From positions 2,583 to 66,582 of the forward strand of contig JAUCBJ010003313.1 of assembly GCA_032718475.1 (NCBI GenBank): a DNA stretch of 64,000 nt, in the 5' to 3' direction. Made by a program: the position numbers and the translations under genes. Origin of the DNA: Nemertoderma westbladi. Its lineage: Eukaryota; Animalia; Xenacoelomorpha. Each line of letters opens with the position of its first letter. Positions within the stretch are counted from its first letter, which is position 1. The notes beneath the pieces were generated by a model. It was given only the letters and a program-made list of their open reading frames with translations. It did no database searches and was not told where the DNA came from. Of the stretch, positions 24,531 to 37,593 are shown piece after piece.

Positions 24531-27500
24531 ATGTCTGACACAACACAAACATTGTCAGATAGTCTCTTAGAGGGTTTTAGAATGAGTCGTCGACTTGGAC
24601 AGTGTCTTGAAAGGAGAGAAGACAGAAAAGAAGCGGAAAGAAAAGTAGCAGCGACAGAAGCAGAAAGAAAAGCGGCAGAGGCAGTGGCAGAAGCAGAACG
24701 GAAGACGTCTGAAGCGACTATCCAACTAGAGCTGGAAAACCTTCAGGCGAAACCAACCAGAAGACTACCTGTGCCCAGTAGGACTGTTCCCGAGTCCGAA
24801 CCCGTCCTGGACGCCGAGCGAGGTATCAAGAATTTATCGCCCGTCGTCTCTCGCTCGCCCGCTACTACGTTGGCGACTCCCGCTTCGGCGGTTGAGTGGG
24901 TAGCTGAGGGACGACGGGAGATGGGTCTCCTGCTCGAGCAGCTGAGGTAACACTGTTTGTGCTCCTCTCAGCAGGTCAGGGAAATGGAAGAGACTGTTCA
25001 GCAGCTCAAGGGAACAGTAAGGGAAAGTAGGTTAGAGTTGCAAAAAGTGCAGCAAAGTATCGTACTAGAATGCGACAAATTAGTCAACCAACAAAAGGGA
25101 ATACCAATAACCCCTGTAACAGTGTGTCAGCCTGTTAGGTCTGAAGTATTACATGCGCAAGGTGTGGAGCCTACACGCATCTATACTGCTAGTGAAGTAG
25201 AAACTCCTATAGCAAACCCTATTAAGGGTGATTATACGCCTGTTGTTAATGACATTCCCAATAGACCTGATAATAATCCGAGAAATTTATATACCGATAA
25301 CTCGATATTCAATAACACGATGGCCCAAGAAAGTTTTACGCGTCAAATGGCTAGAACCGAAGCCCGTCAAGCGGTAAAGGTTGGAGAGATAGTCAAGTTC
25401 AATGGAGATGAGATGAAATGGTTACCTTTTAATGAATATTATAAAGATAACATACAGAACTCTGTGTTATCCAACGGAGAGAAACTTAGATTCCTCATCG
25501 AGTGCTTGGAAGGACCTCCCAAGTCAATGGCGTTAAAATTTATTGGACATCCAGATGGATTAAGACAAGTTTGGGATATACTAAACATCAGGTATGGTAA
25601 TAGGAATAACATAGCTAGGTATTTATATGCGAAATTAATGGCCCCCCGAAAGTTTCTTAGCAGCGGGATTATAGAGTTTTCCGATGAGATTCAGGAGATC
25701 TGTAGACAACTAGATTGGTTAGGTAAGTCTCATGAATACCAGAATTCTATGGTTGTAGGAGCCTTAGCATCTACTTTGCCCAAGGGTGGAGTAGGTACAC
25801 GCTGGGACAAGAAGGTGTTATATACGATGGAACAACAACAACGAGACCCTACCATGGCTGATCTCATGTCATTCTTGGATGGCGAAGTGAAATTACAACT
25901 CCTAAAGCATTCCAGAGAGAAAACACCGGAAAATAAGGTAAGTGAGAAACCCGTTTCTAGGAGAAGAGTAACACCGGTGTGTTATACTGATGACGGCGAA
26001 AGCCAAGCTTCTCAAGAAGAAGACAGCGAGAAAGACACCGAGAAATTTTACTATGTTAACAAGACCTCAAAGAACGTAAGTAAATCTAAAGCTCGAACCC
26101 ATGACAGGAGAGAACAGGTTGCTAAGACTCCTCTTCAGTTTCCTAACAGAGTACACGGAAGAAAGCCCGAAGAAAGAACTAGAGTGCATAACGTCACCCA
26201 AGGTAAAGTGAGTAACATTAAACCAAAATGTGCGCTGTGCGATGGGCCCCACCGTTTGAGTGTGTGTGCTGAATTCCTAAAGAAATCCCTGGTAGACAGA
26301 CATGAAGTCATGTGGGATAAGCGGTTATGCTATAATTGCCTCAGACCAGGACACCAACGGCGAACCTGTTACTCCGAAGTAAAGTGTGCAAAGTGCGGTG
26401 CGAAACATCACATCTTGTTACGCAGTGAATTCGAACGAAACAACCCGAGTCAGGTAAGTGAGCCCGAACTACATGTCCAATTCAGTGATGTAAATGACAC
26501 TGATCAAGAATCTGAGTGGGAAGGATTCTATACGGACGAATTCTCCGATGCCAACGAATCCTGTTATCTAATAAATACCACAGTGTATCGAGCACTTACG
26601 GATGAAAAGGACACTGACGAGTTTACTCCAACTCCTTTTGACAAACAACCATCTTGGAAAGTTCCAACTTCCAACATAGGAATAAGAGAATTTCCTGTAG
26701 TGCAAGTTCGAGTTCATGGTCCCAACAAGAGTTACATAGTGAACGCCCTACTTGACTCCGGCAGCACAGGAACATTCATCGATCAAGAACTAGCCGAAGA
26801 TATCTTTGCTGGACAACCCAAGTTCCGGACTAAATTGAATATGTCAGGAATCATACAGGTTTGGAAATCTACCATAACGGCAGATTACTATGTAGGTGCG
26901 TTGTCCACCCCCCAGGATAAATTAGGAGCACAAAGTATAAGGTCAGTAAAAATGGTGGCTATAAAGAACTTCGCTACTACCCAAGCAGACCTTTATAATT
27001 GGGACGAGGATGAGAGCATCCAACATCTTAAGATACCTCGATTCCAGACAGATTATCCTGGAGTGCAAATACTCATCGGCCAAAACGCGCATGAGGCGCT
27101 AGAGACATTGGAGAAACGGCCTGCTCAACCACAGCCACTACAAACCTATGCGGTAAGAACTAGAGTAGGTTGGTACTTCACTGGCCCTTCCCGTAGAACT
27201 CTCAAAGAGAGATTACCTCAACAACAGGTATACCAAGTAAAGGAATGGGAAGTGGAGAGCAGTGATGTGGACGATCCAACTGAGGGAACACCATACTCCT
27301 CAGATAATGACGATATTAACTCCAATGTAGATCAATGGAGACATTGCCTTGGGACGATTAATCCAGCCGACATCGCTTCCAGAGGAGCAACTCCTCAAGA
27401 ACTGATAGATACTCCAGGCTGGTTAGGTGGATCCGACTCCTTAAGTAAAGAAGAAGAAGAATGGCCTCCTCATCTTACCACGGCAGAAATTAGACAGGCC

Positions 27501-27638
27501 AAGGGAGCGGAGAAAGTAACACAACAACTCAATCGCCCAGCTAGTCGTTTATGTTTACTGGAAAGAGACCGAAAACTGTCCGAAAACTATGGAAGGCAAG
27601 ATACCCAAGGAGGTGAGGTCTCTATAGGGGTGTCTTGA
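24531..27638 (+). CDS. BEL/Pao Gag-protease with remnant pol tips; one in-frame stop at 24948-24950
   Basis: Both ORFs are in the same frame. DUF1759-like KFNGDEMKW..EKLRFLIECLEG; three Pao zinc knuckles; ALLDSGSTGTFI protease; then WRHC..NPADIASRG and RPASRLCLLE. No RT or integrase core. Confidence 0.88.
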
Positions 27639-29523
27639 ACAGGCGGCGGCGGACTCGTGAGGGTCTGGGGGCACGTTAAATCCCTTCTATAGTGCAGGGG
27701 AGTTACTGAAGGCCCTCGTGTCTTGCGAACCATGAATTAACATGGTGCCGTGGTACCGTCTAGTCGGCATGTTGCCGTACTGCCAGTCCTGTACACAGTA
27801 GGGGTGGTGGCTTAGTGTGATCTGTGGTTTATGTGGTCTATGTGGTAGGTCTATGTTTGGTATGTATGAGTTGACCAGACTCTGTACTGTCTCCGATCGG
27901 TTGCCAAAACGTGTTTTTTCCCAGGGTAGCACTATTGGAATGGAGGTGTTGCATCGGAATGGACAGGTTCTGATGATTCTGTTGGTACTACTATTGGAAT
28001 GGAGGTGGCACCCGGAATATCGGCTGCAAGGAGGGGTTAGTGTTGTAGTGTGGTCCGAGTGAATGATACTCTGGAATCTGTGGTATGTGTGTAGACGATC
28101 AGTGGCAGTTTGCTTGAGCTTTCTGTTGCTGTGGGTACGTGGTATACGTGAGTGTATGTATGGCCACTGCGAGTGAGTATGGGAACCCTTGCCGGTTGGT
28201 CTAGACGCCGCTGGTATTAGTAGGACCATATCTTTACTGCGCCCCAGCATACTTTGTGCACACAAAGTTATTTTGCCCTGACGGCAAAATAAAGTACTCT
28301 CGACTTTTATTAGTCGATACAATTTTGTCCCCTCTGATTTTGTCACCGATTTTGTCTTCCCCGATTATGTCCTCTGTGTGTGCGTGGTATGCGTCAGATT
28401 TTGTGTTTACCTTTTGTGTACTTGATTATCGAACATCTGTTGAGTACACGTGTACAGTGACTGGTAAGTGGTTACTTGTTCCTAGCTTTCGAGCTAGTCA
28501 GTATTGTTTGCGGAACCGACTTCCCCTCAATACTGCCGGCGAGGCGGGTGAAAACGGTCAATATTCCATGTGGGTAGTGCAAGCCCGCTTGGGACAAGAC
28601 CGTCGGTTTGGCTCAAGGGCGACCTTGATGCTCGATCGCTATCGACTGGTCCACCCGCCGGTTGACTCTCTGAGTTGGCTCAATGTACAGTCAGGCCACA
28701 GCAAGTTGACAGTAGCCGACCATCTGGCTACACCGACGAGTTGTGCCGGTGTGATCGGGGGATTGAAAAGTGAACCCGGGAAGCATCGGGCTACCCTCTG
28801 GCCCAGTCTGATCGGAGTCGGACTGGCCCCAAGGGTGGTGGGACAGCGTCCGCCTCATGGGTGCGCCTCGGAGTCATCAGAGAGGAGCCCAGAAGGACGC
28901 AAGCGACTCTTCCTACGACTACTTCCCTAATCCGGCAAATATCTAGGGACTCCATAACGTGATAGCATGTGGAGTGGGCGTGTGACTATATCATTTTATA
29001 TTTGTTTTTATTTTATATTTATGTATGTATTATTATGTAATTTTATTATAATCGTTTTCTTTAATTTTATTTAGTAGCATGTTATTTTAGAATATTTAGT
29101 AAATTAGTGCAATATATTAGTGTTTATTACGTACATAATTACTTATAATATATATTTAGTGCGACGGCAAGAAGTAATTATTTTCTCTTTCCTTACTGTC
29201 CGTATTATATTATAAATGCGAGACTATAGTAAGATGACATGTCAGTACTTCTTAAAGTACAATAAAGCCACTACTATATTTAAGTATTATTGGTAGGCAG
29301 AGTATTAGGAATGCAAAGTTCAGATCCTCGTGTCTCGGCTAAACCAAGCTCTGGGTAGACCTTGGAAACGACTTGCCTCTTCACACTGACATTGCTTCGT
29401 GCGATATTGCTCTTCTACCTTATAACAAATAATACATATAGTAGCGTGATGTCCCTCTAACAGTAGCGTAAATCGCAAATAAATCTGTTAAACTTTTGAC
29501 CATCTGTAATTCTAGTCGATTAA

Positions 29524-31715
29524 CCCTTTAGGTACTATGGATCACCCATGTGATACATAAGCAATGGTCTTCTAGAGCGCTATGTATCATACAGGTGATC
29601 CATGCTTTTAAATGTTACCCTATGCTATTCTATTCAGCTTTAGTGCATTTCTAAGCACTCTGCTATTTTATTAGTGCATCAAGGGACATCTTTTTAGATA
29701 CCGGTACCAGTTTACTGCACCTGACTAGCAGATATGTGACTCTTACCATACCGGTACGGTAGGTACGTAAGCTTCACAAAGGTCGCTTGAGTTTCAAGCA
29801 GTATATCAAAACCAAGCGCGCTCGGTTTGGAATTAAGTCATTCATTTTATGCGATGCAAATGGCTTCTTAATTCGTGCTCTATGTTACTACGGGAGTGAG
29901 TCCGCTTTACCACAGGTAGAAGCTGATCCAAAACTTTCAAAGAGCGAGAACGTTGTAGCGTTACTACTGTACTATTAGAGGAATCGGATATGTTCGGGAA
30001 GGGGTATACAGTTAATGTTGATAACTGGTACTGTAGTGTACGATTAGCCCGCTTTCTCCTTACCAAGGAAACTGGTTCGAGAGGAACTATTCGAGTAGTA
30101 CAGTAGTACTGAAAGAGTTTAAACAAACTCAGATCTCTTCAAAGTTTAGTTATTGTGGCAATAAGTTATTGGCCATGAAATTTACAGACAAGAGAGATGT
30201 GTACATGGTTTCGACGGTTGATGATTCGTCTATGGTAACAAAGACCAGGTATGCAAAGAAGACTGGAGATCCAACAGAATTCGAGAAACCAACTGTAATA
30301 AATAACTATAACAAGTTTATGGGAGGTGTCGATATACAATACTCAATTATAAAGTCATTCAATCCAGTTCGAAAATCGCATGCGTGGTTTAAGAAAGTTG
30401 GAATAAACATGATTGCTAGGTTGGTGGTAAACTCATTCTTGATCTATAAAAGGACGAATAATGGAAACCCAAAAGGAAATCTACAGTTACTTCTCTGTCT
30501 GAAGAAAGTTATAACAATTCTGACAAATATGAAGTCAGATGGTCCGAAGCTTAGTCGGAAACGGTTGAAGCTTATCGATTCAGCATCAACATCATCAAAG
30601 CCCGTGCACGCCGTCACGTTCATCCCCCCAACGGATAAAGCCGCGAAACCACGTCGTCGATGCCGAGTTTGCTACGCGAATGGCAGGCGTATTCGGCTGA
30701 CCCGCTTCCATTGCCCAATGTGCCCTTCAAAGCCAAGCTTATGCCATGGGTGTATCGCCAAGTGGGACCACAAATGAACAATAATAAGATAATTATAATT
30801 TCTATATAATTTCAATAAGAATAAATGGAAATTGTAAGTGCATCTACCATTATGTTTTTTGTAGTTTTTTTGGTTGGTTGGCATACCTTCTCAATTTTTG
30901 GCAGACAAACTGACAGAAAGGCGGACAAATATATATTGTAGATTTCGTCAAACGTAAAAACTGACATCAGAAATGAAATCACCGTCCAAGAAAACCCCCA
31001 TAGCCAAAATTTCCGGTTGATCGTATGCGTTCTTAGTTTTTGACAGACAAACTGACAGACAGACAGACGGACAAACAGACAGTGTAGATTTCGTTAAACG
31101 TAAAAATTGACATCAGAAATGAAATCACCGTCCAAGAAAACCCCATAGCCAAAATTTCCGGTTGATCGTATGCTTTCTTAATTTTTAACAGACAAACTGA
31201 CAGAAAGACGGACAAACAGACAGTGTAGATTTCGTTAAACATAAAAACTGACATCAGAAATGAAACCACCGTCCTAGAAAACCCCCATAGCCAAAATTTC
31301 CGGTTGATCGTATGGTTTCTTAATTTTTGACAGACAAACTGACAGAAAGACGGACAAACAGACAAACAGACAGTGTAGATTTCGTTAAACATAAAAACTG
31401 ACATCAGAAATGATACCACCGTCCAAGAAAACCCCATAGCCAAAATTTCCGGTTGATCGTATGCTTTCTTAATTTTTGACAGACAAAATGACAGAAAGAC
31501 GGACAAACAGACAAACAGACAGTGTAGATTTCGATAAACGGAAAAACTGACATCAGAAATGGAATCGCCGATCTTTAAAACCCCAAAGCGAAAATTTCAG
31601 GATGACGATATGCTTACTTAGTTTTTAACAGACAAACAGACAAAGGCAGCTCTAATTTGTAAAAATTTTCAGCGCATTACTATATGTTATTTGGGAATAT
31701 TCAGTACCTAAAGGG
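29524..31715 (+). mobile_element. Internally deleted piggyBac nested in the BEL element
   Basis: TTAA|CCCTTTAGGTACT...AGTACCTAAAGGG|TTAA; transposase fragments 29787-30777 (KRARFGIK, DNWY, YNKFMGGVD, Cys-rich domain). Confidence 0.95.
30890..31640. repeat. About 5 x 145-bp tandem repeat in the piggyBac 3' region
   Basis: Repeated ..CTGACATCAGAAATG..CCCCATAGCCAAAATTTCCGGTTGATCGTATG.. with ACAG microsatellite. Confidence 0.9.
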
Positions 31716-32776
31716 TTAAGATATCGTGGCACCCACCGATATACTTGAAAGACAAATTCTAGAATCAGTGGTTAACGTCCCCAGACAAGTTCTGGAATAA
31801 ATCGGTGCTCATCCTAAATATTAATTTAATATTTATTAAAATCTGTAAAATCCCGATCCTTTAAAACTTCTAGTCAAATAAGATATCGCAGTATTTACCG
31901 ATATTCTTAGAAGGACTATTCATAGAATTAAGGATCCTATGTCCCCAGACCTGCTCTGGAATCAAATTGTGTCAATTTAACATCAAATAATAAAATTCAC
32001 GGGAATAAATTTAAATTCATATTCGAATGAATTTCATAAATTGTCATTTTGTGCAATTTATAACATTCCCAAAATTCCAGTAATTAATAGATCATGGGAG
32101 CGGAGATTCATATTGAGTGTACTAGAGTGCGAGAATCTCCAACATATAGTCAATAGCCGATAAAATTTATAAAATCATGCATAAAGGGGATATTGACAAT
32201 TAAAAAATTACTATTAAATAACATCCCAGATCTGTATGCATGAGGATTGCCCTAATTCTACCGCTAGTTTTCCATAATGTCACCATGGCAACACCCACGC
32301 TAGAATTAGAAGCAAGTTAAAGGAACAATAAAAAGCTTGCCCCATTGCGTAGCATAAGAGTATACATAGCGCGCTATTAGTATCCAAGGATACATAGTAA
32401 TAACGTGACATTCTGGAAGACACTGACTAACGGACAAATGGCATGCGTGTGTGCAGTAAGTAATGATTGTATGGAATTTGTGCGTTTATAGGTGAATGTT
32501 ACTACTAAAGTGTGTTTACAGTAGCTAATCGCAATTGTAAAGTAGCCCTAACTCTACCGAGATAACCTCAAGTGGATTCAAGCCTTTGGGACGGGCAGTG
32601 GTGGGACTTGTGCCGGTTATCGTTGTCGTGCTGTTGCTACATGTTGGCGTAAACACTGCGACAACGGTACATCGGCGCTGAGAAACCCACTGTCCGGGGG
32701 CAAAGCCTAGTAGGCAGCGACGCCCGCTTGCCTAAATATTAACTCATATTGATATTAATAAACTCAGATAGCAGAT

Positions 32777-34226
32777 ATGACGGAATTGATAGAAGATGAC
32801 CTTGGTATTAGAGAGCGATATACTCTACCTTACAAGCGTTTGTGGATAGCTTGATACGCGGTGAAGCCGATCCGACTATTACGGAGGACGATGGTCGTTA
32901 TATCGAACCGCCGATGTCCCAAGAGCAACTTACGCGTGAATTGGACTATCGAAAATTAACCGCTCGCTATACGCATCATAATGGTACGTATATGGACTTC
33001 TTAACTACCGGCCATCCTATCGATTTACATGATACGGACGATGTAGACACCGAAAGGGAAATGGTTCTATTTAAATATCATACCCAGCGGCGTCGTAACG
33101 ATAAACCGAGAATAGATCACGAAAATTCTATTCGTAACAGACTGGGAAGACGAACCAATATGTCTAGAATCTGAGGAGATTCAGCCTATCGCGCTCGGAA
33201 CAGCGACAACGATTACATCCTAGAATGGTATCAAGGTCCACAGTGTCTCACTGCGTACGATTATCGCCATGCCAACTATGTTTCTCGGCAACGTTGTCGG
33301 TTATGCGCATCGAGAGACCATGTTACGCCCATGGACACCAACGATCCTCTGTTCCTATTTCCACGAGCAACCGTCGATGGAAATCTATTGTGCATATTGT
33401 CGGCTTTAATAATTTGCACATTTTTGCTGTCTGCCCCCAATTTATGACTCAATGTCACCATTGTCAACTAAAGGGACATGCCAGTTTCGATTGCCCTTTT
33501 AATCACGATTTGGAAAGCGTAGATGAAATGATCACACTACGTTACATCAGAGCTTGGGAAGCGAACACTGATTTATATTGTGATTCGCGCCATCGCTATT
33601 ATCCCGGACGCGCTTACGAAGGAGTTTATGCGTTACATCCTTATCTATTCGCTTCGGTTGAACAGAAATCACGCATATCAAGTTACGAGCTACTGAAGCG
33701 CGTCGGAGAATGTATTTCAACCAAATTCGTACGCAAATTTCTCAGGAGTGTTAATCCTAGCGACCTTCATTCCTATAACTTAATCAATCATATCCGTCAG
33801 GATCCGGACTATGGAGAATTGTTTGTTAACTCACACCCTGAGTTACAGGAAGTATATCGACGGCCTTACGAATACCGAGCCCGCGAACGCGAGTTGGAAA
33901 GAACCATTAAACCAAGGAAGTTTCTAACTGCCTATGGTCCACCCACGGCCCTCGTTCAGACCACTCGTAAAGGACCCGTAAGAGCGGCTGTCTTGAAACG
34001 AGCTCTCAAAGCCGTTAGACCCCTCTCCCCGGACGTTGATGTCAATCAACCCGGTACTTCGACCGGCGGATATACCGATCGCAATCCCATACCTTCTGAT
34101 GCAATCATATTGCACCCTTCACCCAGGAGTTATAGCCCTCCTCGTAAAGTGGCTCGCCCCAAAGAGAAAAGGACTCTTGCTAGCTTTAAAAAACTGCGTA
34201 AACGCCGTCCGCGCAAGAAAGACTAA
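32777..34226 (+). pseudogene. Accessory ORF of the BEL element: Cys/His zinc-knuckle protein with basic C-terminus (frameshifted)
   Basis: ORF pieces 32842-33174 and 33225-34226; CHHCQLKGHASFDC knuckle; CRLCASRDH and CAYC in adjacent frames; KKLRKRRPRKKD tail. Confidence 0.6.
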
Positions 34227-34304
34227 CTGTTTAGAGTATTTTTATATTTTAGAAACTGTGATTTTGTATATTTTATAGACTTAAATCCCATTTTCTGGGA
34301 GCGG

Positions 34305-35487
34305 TGTAAAAGCTTTTGTGGGATAACTGATACGTTTGCCTTTGCTGGCCAGTTCCCCCCCAGTCGCTAGAATACTCTCAAAGGGATTTATAACTAAAAT
34401 AGTGCAAGCTACCAGCTTATTGGCTGATGTGCTGTACGGAGATATCTGGGCTCAGTTTAATCGGCCAACTAGCTTAGAGAGGTTGCCTTAGCCTTGCTGT
34501 TCGTGTCGGCCAATAGAATTTGCGTAGGCGTTGATTTCGACCTATCCCAGCGCTACTGAACTGAATTTCCTATCTCTATGCTCATCCTCTGTGTTGAACG
34601 GGAGCTTCGTGGAATAAGGGTAGTTGGTATCTTCGTATAGAGCAGTAGTCACATGTTTCTGTTGTTGTGTTCCCATTTTTCGCCATAACACCGGCTTTTG
34701 GAACAACTCTAGTAAAACTGCTTAGATTATAGAAAGTATAACTGTTACCGGCGGTGTTACCTCACTTAATTTAACTGCACTAATCATATTGTTTGTACTG
34801 CTATTTACCGTCAGTTATTAATTGTATCGATTTGTTGATGAAATATTGTCATTTGGAGAATATTGATAAATCACCCAAATTTCCCAATTTCTTGATACAC
34901 TACAGGTTAGAGAGACAGGCTATATATAACAATTGCGATTTATATCAATGTGGTGTGTATTGAATCTAATGTTATTTAGTAGACACTACCTGAGTCAATT
35001 GCTGTTCTCTTTATGTGTGATCAAATATACTGACGGTCGGCAGAATAGTGTGCATGATTGTGAGTGTGATGTGACTGGTAACAAAGCATTTCCTAAAGAA
35101 TGCGACTTATACTTTAATCATAAGCCTTATCGTTGCGTTTAGTATAAGTCCTAGCTCTGTTTAAATAGATAGAGCGCCACGTCCTAAAGGAACTGTTAAT
35201 ATTTCCCGAAAGTTAATAATATCTGTCAGAGATTAATTATTAACGATCTATCGAATAATACAGTAAGTTTACACTGCAACCTTACACTGCAATAATAAAA
35301 TCTAAGCATCCGAATTCAGCCTCCCGGGTGTAGATCCATCGGGTGAATGATCGCGCATGGGCTGGCTTCGGCTAATGTTTTGTTTATTAGCATAAAATAT
35401 TGTCGTATGCTAAAGGTGTGTTAATTAACTAAAAGACATATAAATTTTGGCAGGTTAAACTGCTAAAGGTCTTCAAAAGCGCGAACA
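34305..35487 (+). repeat. 3' LTR (1183 bp)
   Basis: TGTAAAAGC...GCGCGAACA, near-identical to the 5' LTR. Confidence 0.95.
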
Positions 35488-37593
35488 CCATGCCTTTCCC
35501 TTACGTATTCGAAGGTCCTCACCTGACTTCCGGATCCATGATCCCAGGTAACAGAAGTCGTCCACATGCTCAAGCATACCATCCTTTGAGCTTATGCTCA
35601 TCCGATCAGAGACTTGCTGAGGACTTTCAAAGTTAACTGTCAGAATTTTGGTCTTTCTGGAGTTAATAAAAAGACCAACACTAGAAGCAGCATGTTCTAA
35701 TGAGCTGAGGAGCCGCTGGGCTCCCTCTAATGATTCTGAGAGTACTCCTAAGTCATCAGCAAAGTCTAGATCAGTTAGGTACTTGGCAGCATTTCCTCGA
35801 CTTCTGGAGCCAGTAGGTGGAGTTATCATCACCCCATCATCATTATGATGATCTAAGGACATGCGTAGAACATAGTCAACCACAATAATGAACAAGAATG
35901 GTGCAAGTGTGTCTCCTTGGAGGACGCCCCATAACACTTCAAATGGTTCTGTGTCACCGTCAACAGTAGACACAAATGTTGTCGAACCGTCGTATACTGA
36001 TCTGATTGCTGCAATAATTTCATCAGGAATCCCATATAATGAAAGTATGCTGAACATACGTGAGCGAGAGACTGAATCAAAGGCCTTGAAGAAGTCAACA
36101 AAGATAACAGCCAGATGCCTGTCTTTCTTTTTTGATAACTCTTCAATTATCCTTCTAAGTGCCAAAATTGGCTCCATGGTCCCACGACCTTTACGGAACC
36201 CATTCTGATTTCCACGTAGCAGTCTCTCAATGGGATCCCTGATGCGATTTAATAGAATTCTATTGTATAGTTTTGCAGCAATCGAGATCAATGAGATTCC
36301 CCGAAAAGAACCATAGAGTGTTAGGTTGCCCTTCTTGGGAACTGGCACCAACTTATTTGTTTTCATTTCTTGTGGGACTCTTGTTGTACGGTACATGTCT
36401 ACTATGATGGGATAGATGAGCTTTAAACACTCAGGTATTTTAAAGACCTCAGGGGGAACACCATCTACTCCACTGGCACGATTGGTCTTAATGCTCTTTG
36501 CAGCAGCCTTCACTTCTGCAAAGGAGATATCGCCAATGGGAATATCTGGGAGTACAGACTCAGACACTTTTACTTCTATAAAGTTATCAGGCAATACCCT
36601 GTCATTATTGAGGAGCTTTTCAAAGTGGGCTTTCCAACCATTAAGGCGATCGGCTGGTGATTCAGCCTTAACCTTGGTGGTTGGTTGGCTTTTCTGCCCA
36701 GTAAGCAGATTGATCGATTTCCATGCCTGGGATGATTGCCTGCTGTCGTCAGCATCATTGATGGCATCAACCTGTTGGTTTATTAGCTCCTGTAGATTAA
36801 CAGAGTACTGCCTGTTCAGGGACCTAGATGCAGCTTTAACTGCATTCTTGGCCGCTGTAGTCTGTTTGAGTCGGGACTCTTTCTGCGCCTTATGAAGGTC
36901 ATTTCGGCACTTCTGAATTTTGTTGTCAGTCCAGGGGGCCCTTTTCCTGTTTCGAGGGTATACAGGAACTGTTTCTGCAGCTGCTAACTTAACTGCTTCT
37001 GTAAAGGCAGTATAGCCCTCACAGTGATCTGCCGCCTCAGAGGCAAGAGCCTCATACCTGTTGCTCAGCTGTAGTGTGAAGCTGGATCTCACACTTGGCT
37101 GTTGCAACAGAGAGGACCAGTCATGCCGTGGCAAGGCAGATTTCGTTGTTCTGCTAGCACGCAGACTAAGTCTTACCTTGGCCACAATAAGGCGGTGATC
37201 ACTGGAGAAGGGTCGAAGTGTAAATGCATTACAGTCTTGTATAGAGCTCCTGTATTTCCTACGAAACAGAATATGGTCTATCTGGGACTTGTGACCACTG
37301 GGTCCACTATGAGTCCATAGCTTTCCAGTTCGCTTCTTGAACTGGGTTCCAGCCGAAAACAATCCATTTCCAGAGATAAAATCCTGAAGATGGACAGAAT
37401 TTCGGTTAACACTATTGCTATAGACCCAGGGCGATGTAGGTGATTGATGCAGACTTGCATTAAAGTCTCCCAGGAATGTTAAGAATGCATGCTGATCCAC
37501 TCCATCAGTAGCTGCTTGTAGATTGTGGTAGAAATTTTCCACCTCCTCTACAGGGGCAACACTAGTTGGAGAGTAGCACACAATCAGAACTAC
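35488..37593 (-). mobile_element. RTE LINE, 5' part (partial APE endonuclease + RT)
   Basis: ORF 35473-37581: GDFNA, QIDHIL, SDHRL (APE); VDFFKAFDS, GVLQGDTLAP, DFADD (RT). Confidence 0.95.

Larger units (their letters stand above)
21169..35487 (+). mobile_element. BEL/Pao LTR retrotransposon, non-autonomous, recently inserted (14.3 kb)
   Basis: TG...CA LTRs; 5-bp TSD CCATG (21164-21168 and 35488-35492); short PPT-like GGGAGCGG before the 3' LTR; Pao-type Gag-PR. Confidence 0.95.

Noticed and set aside
31033-31506. 157-aa hydrophobic repeat ORF
   Set aside because: Antisense translation of the 145-bp tandem repeat.
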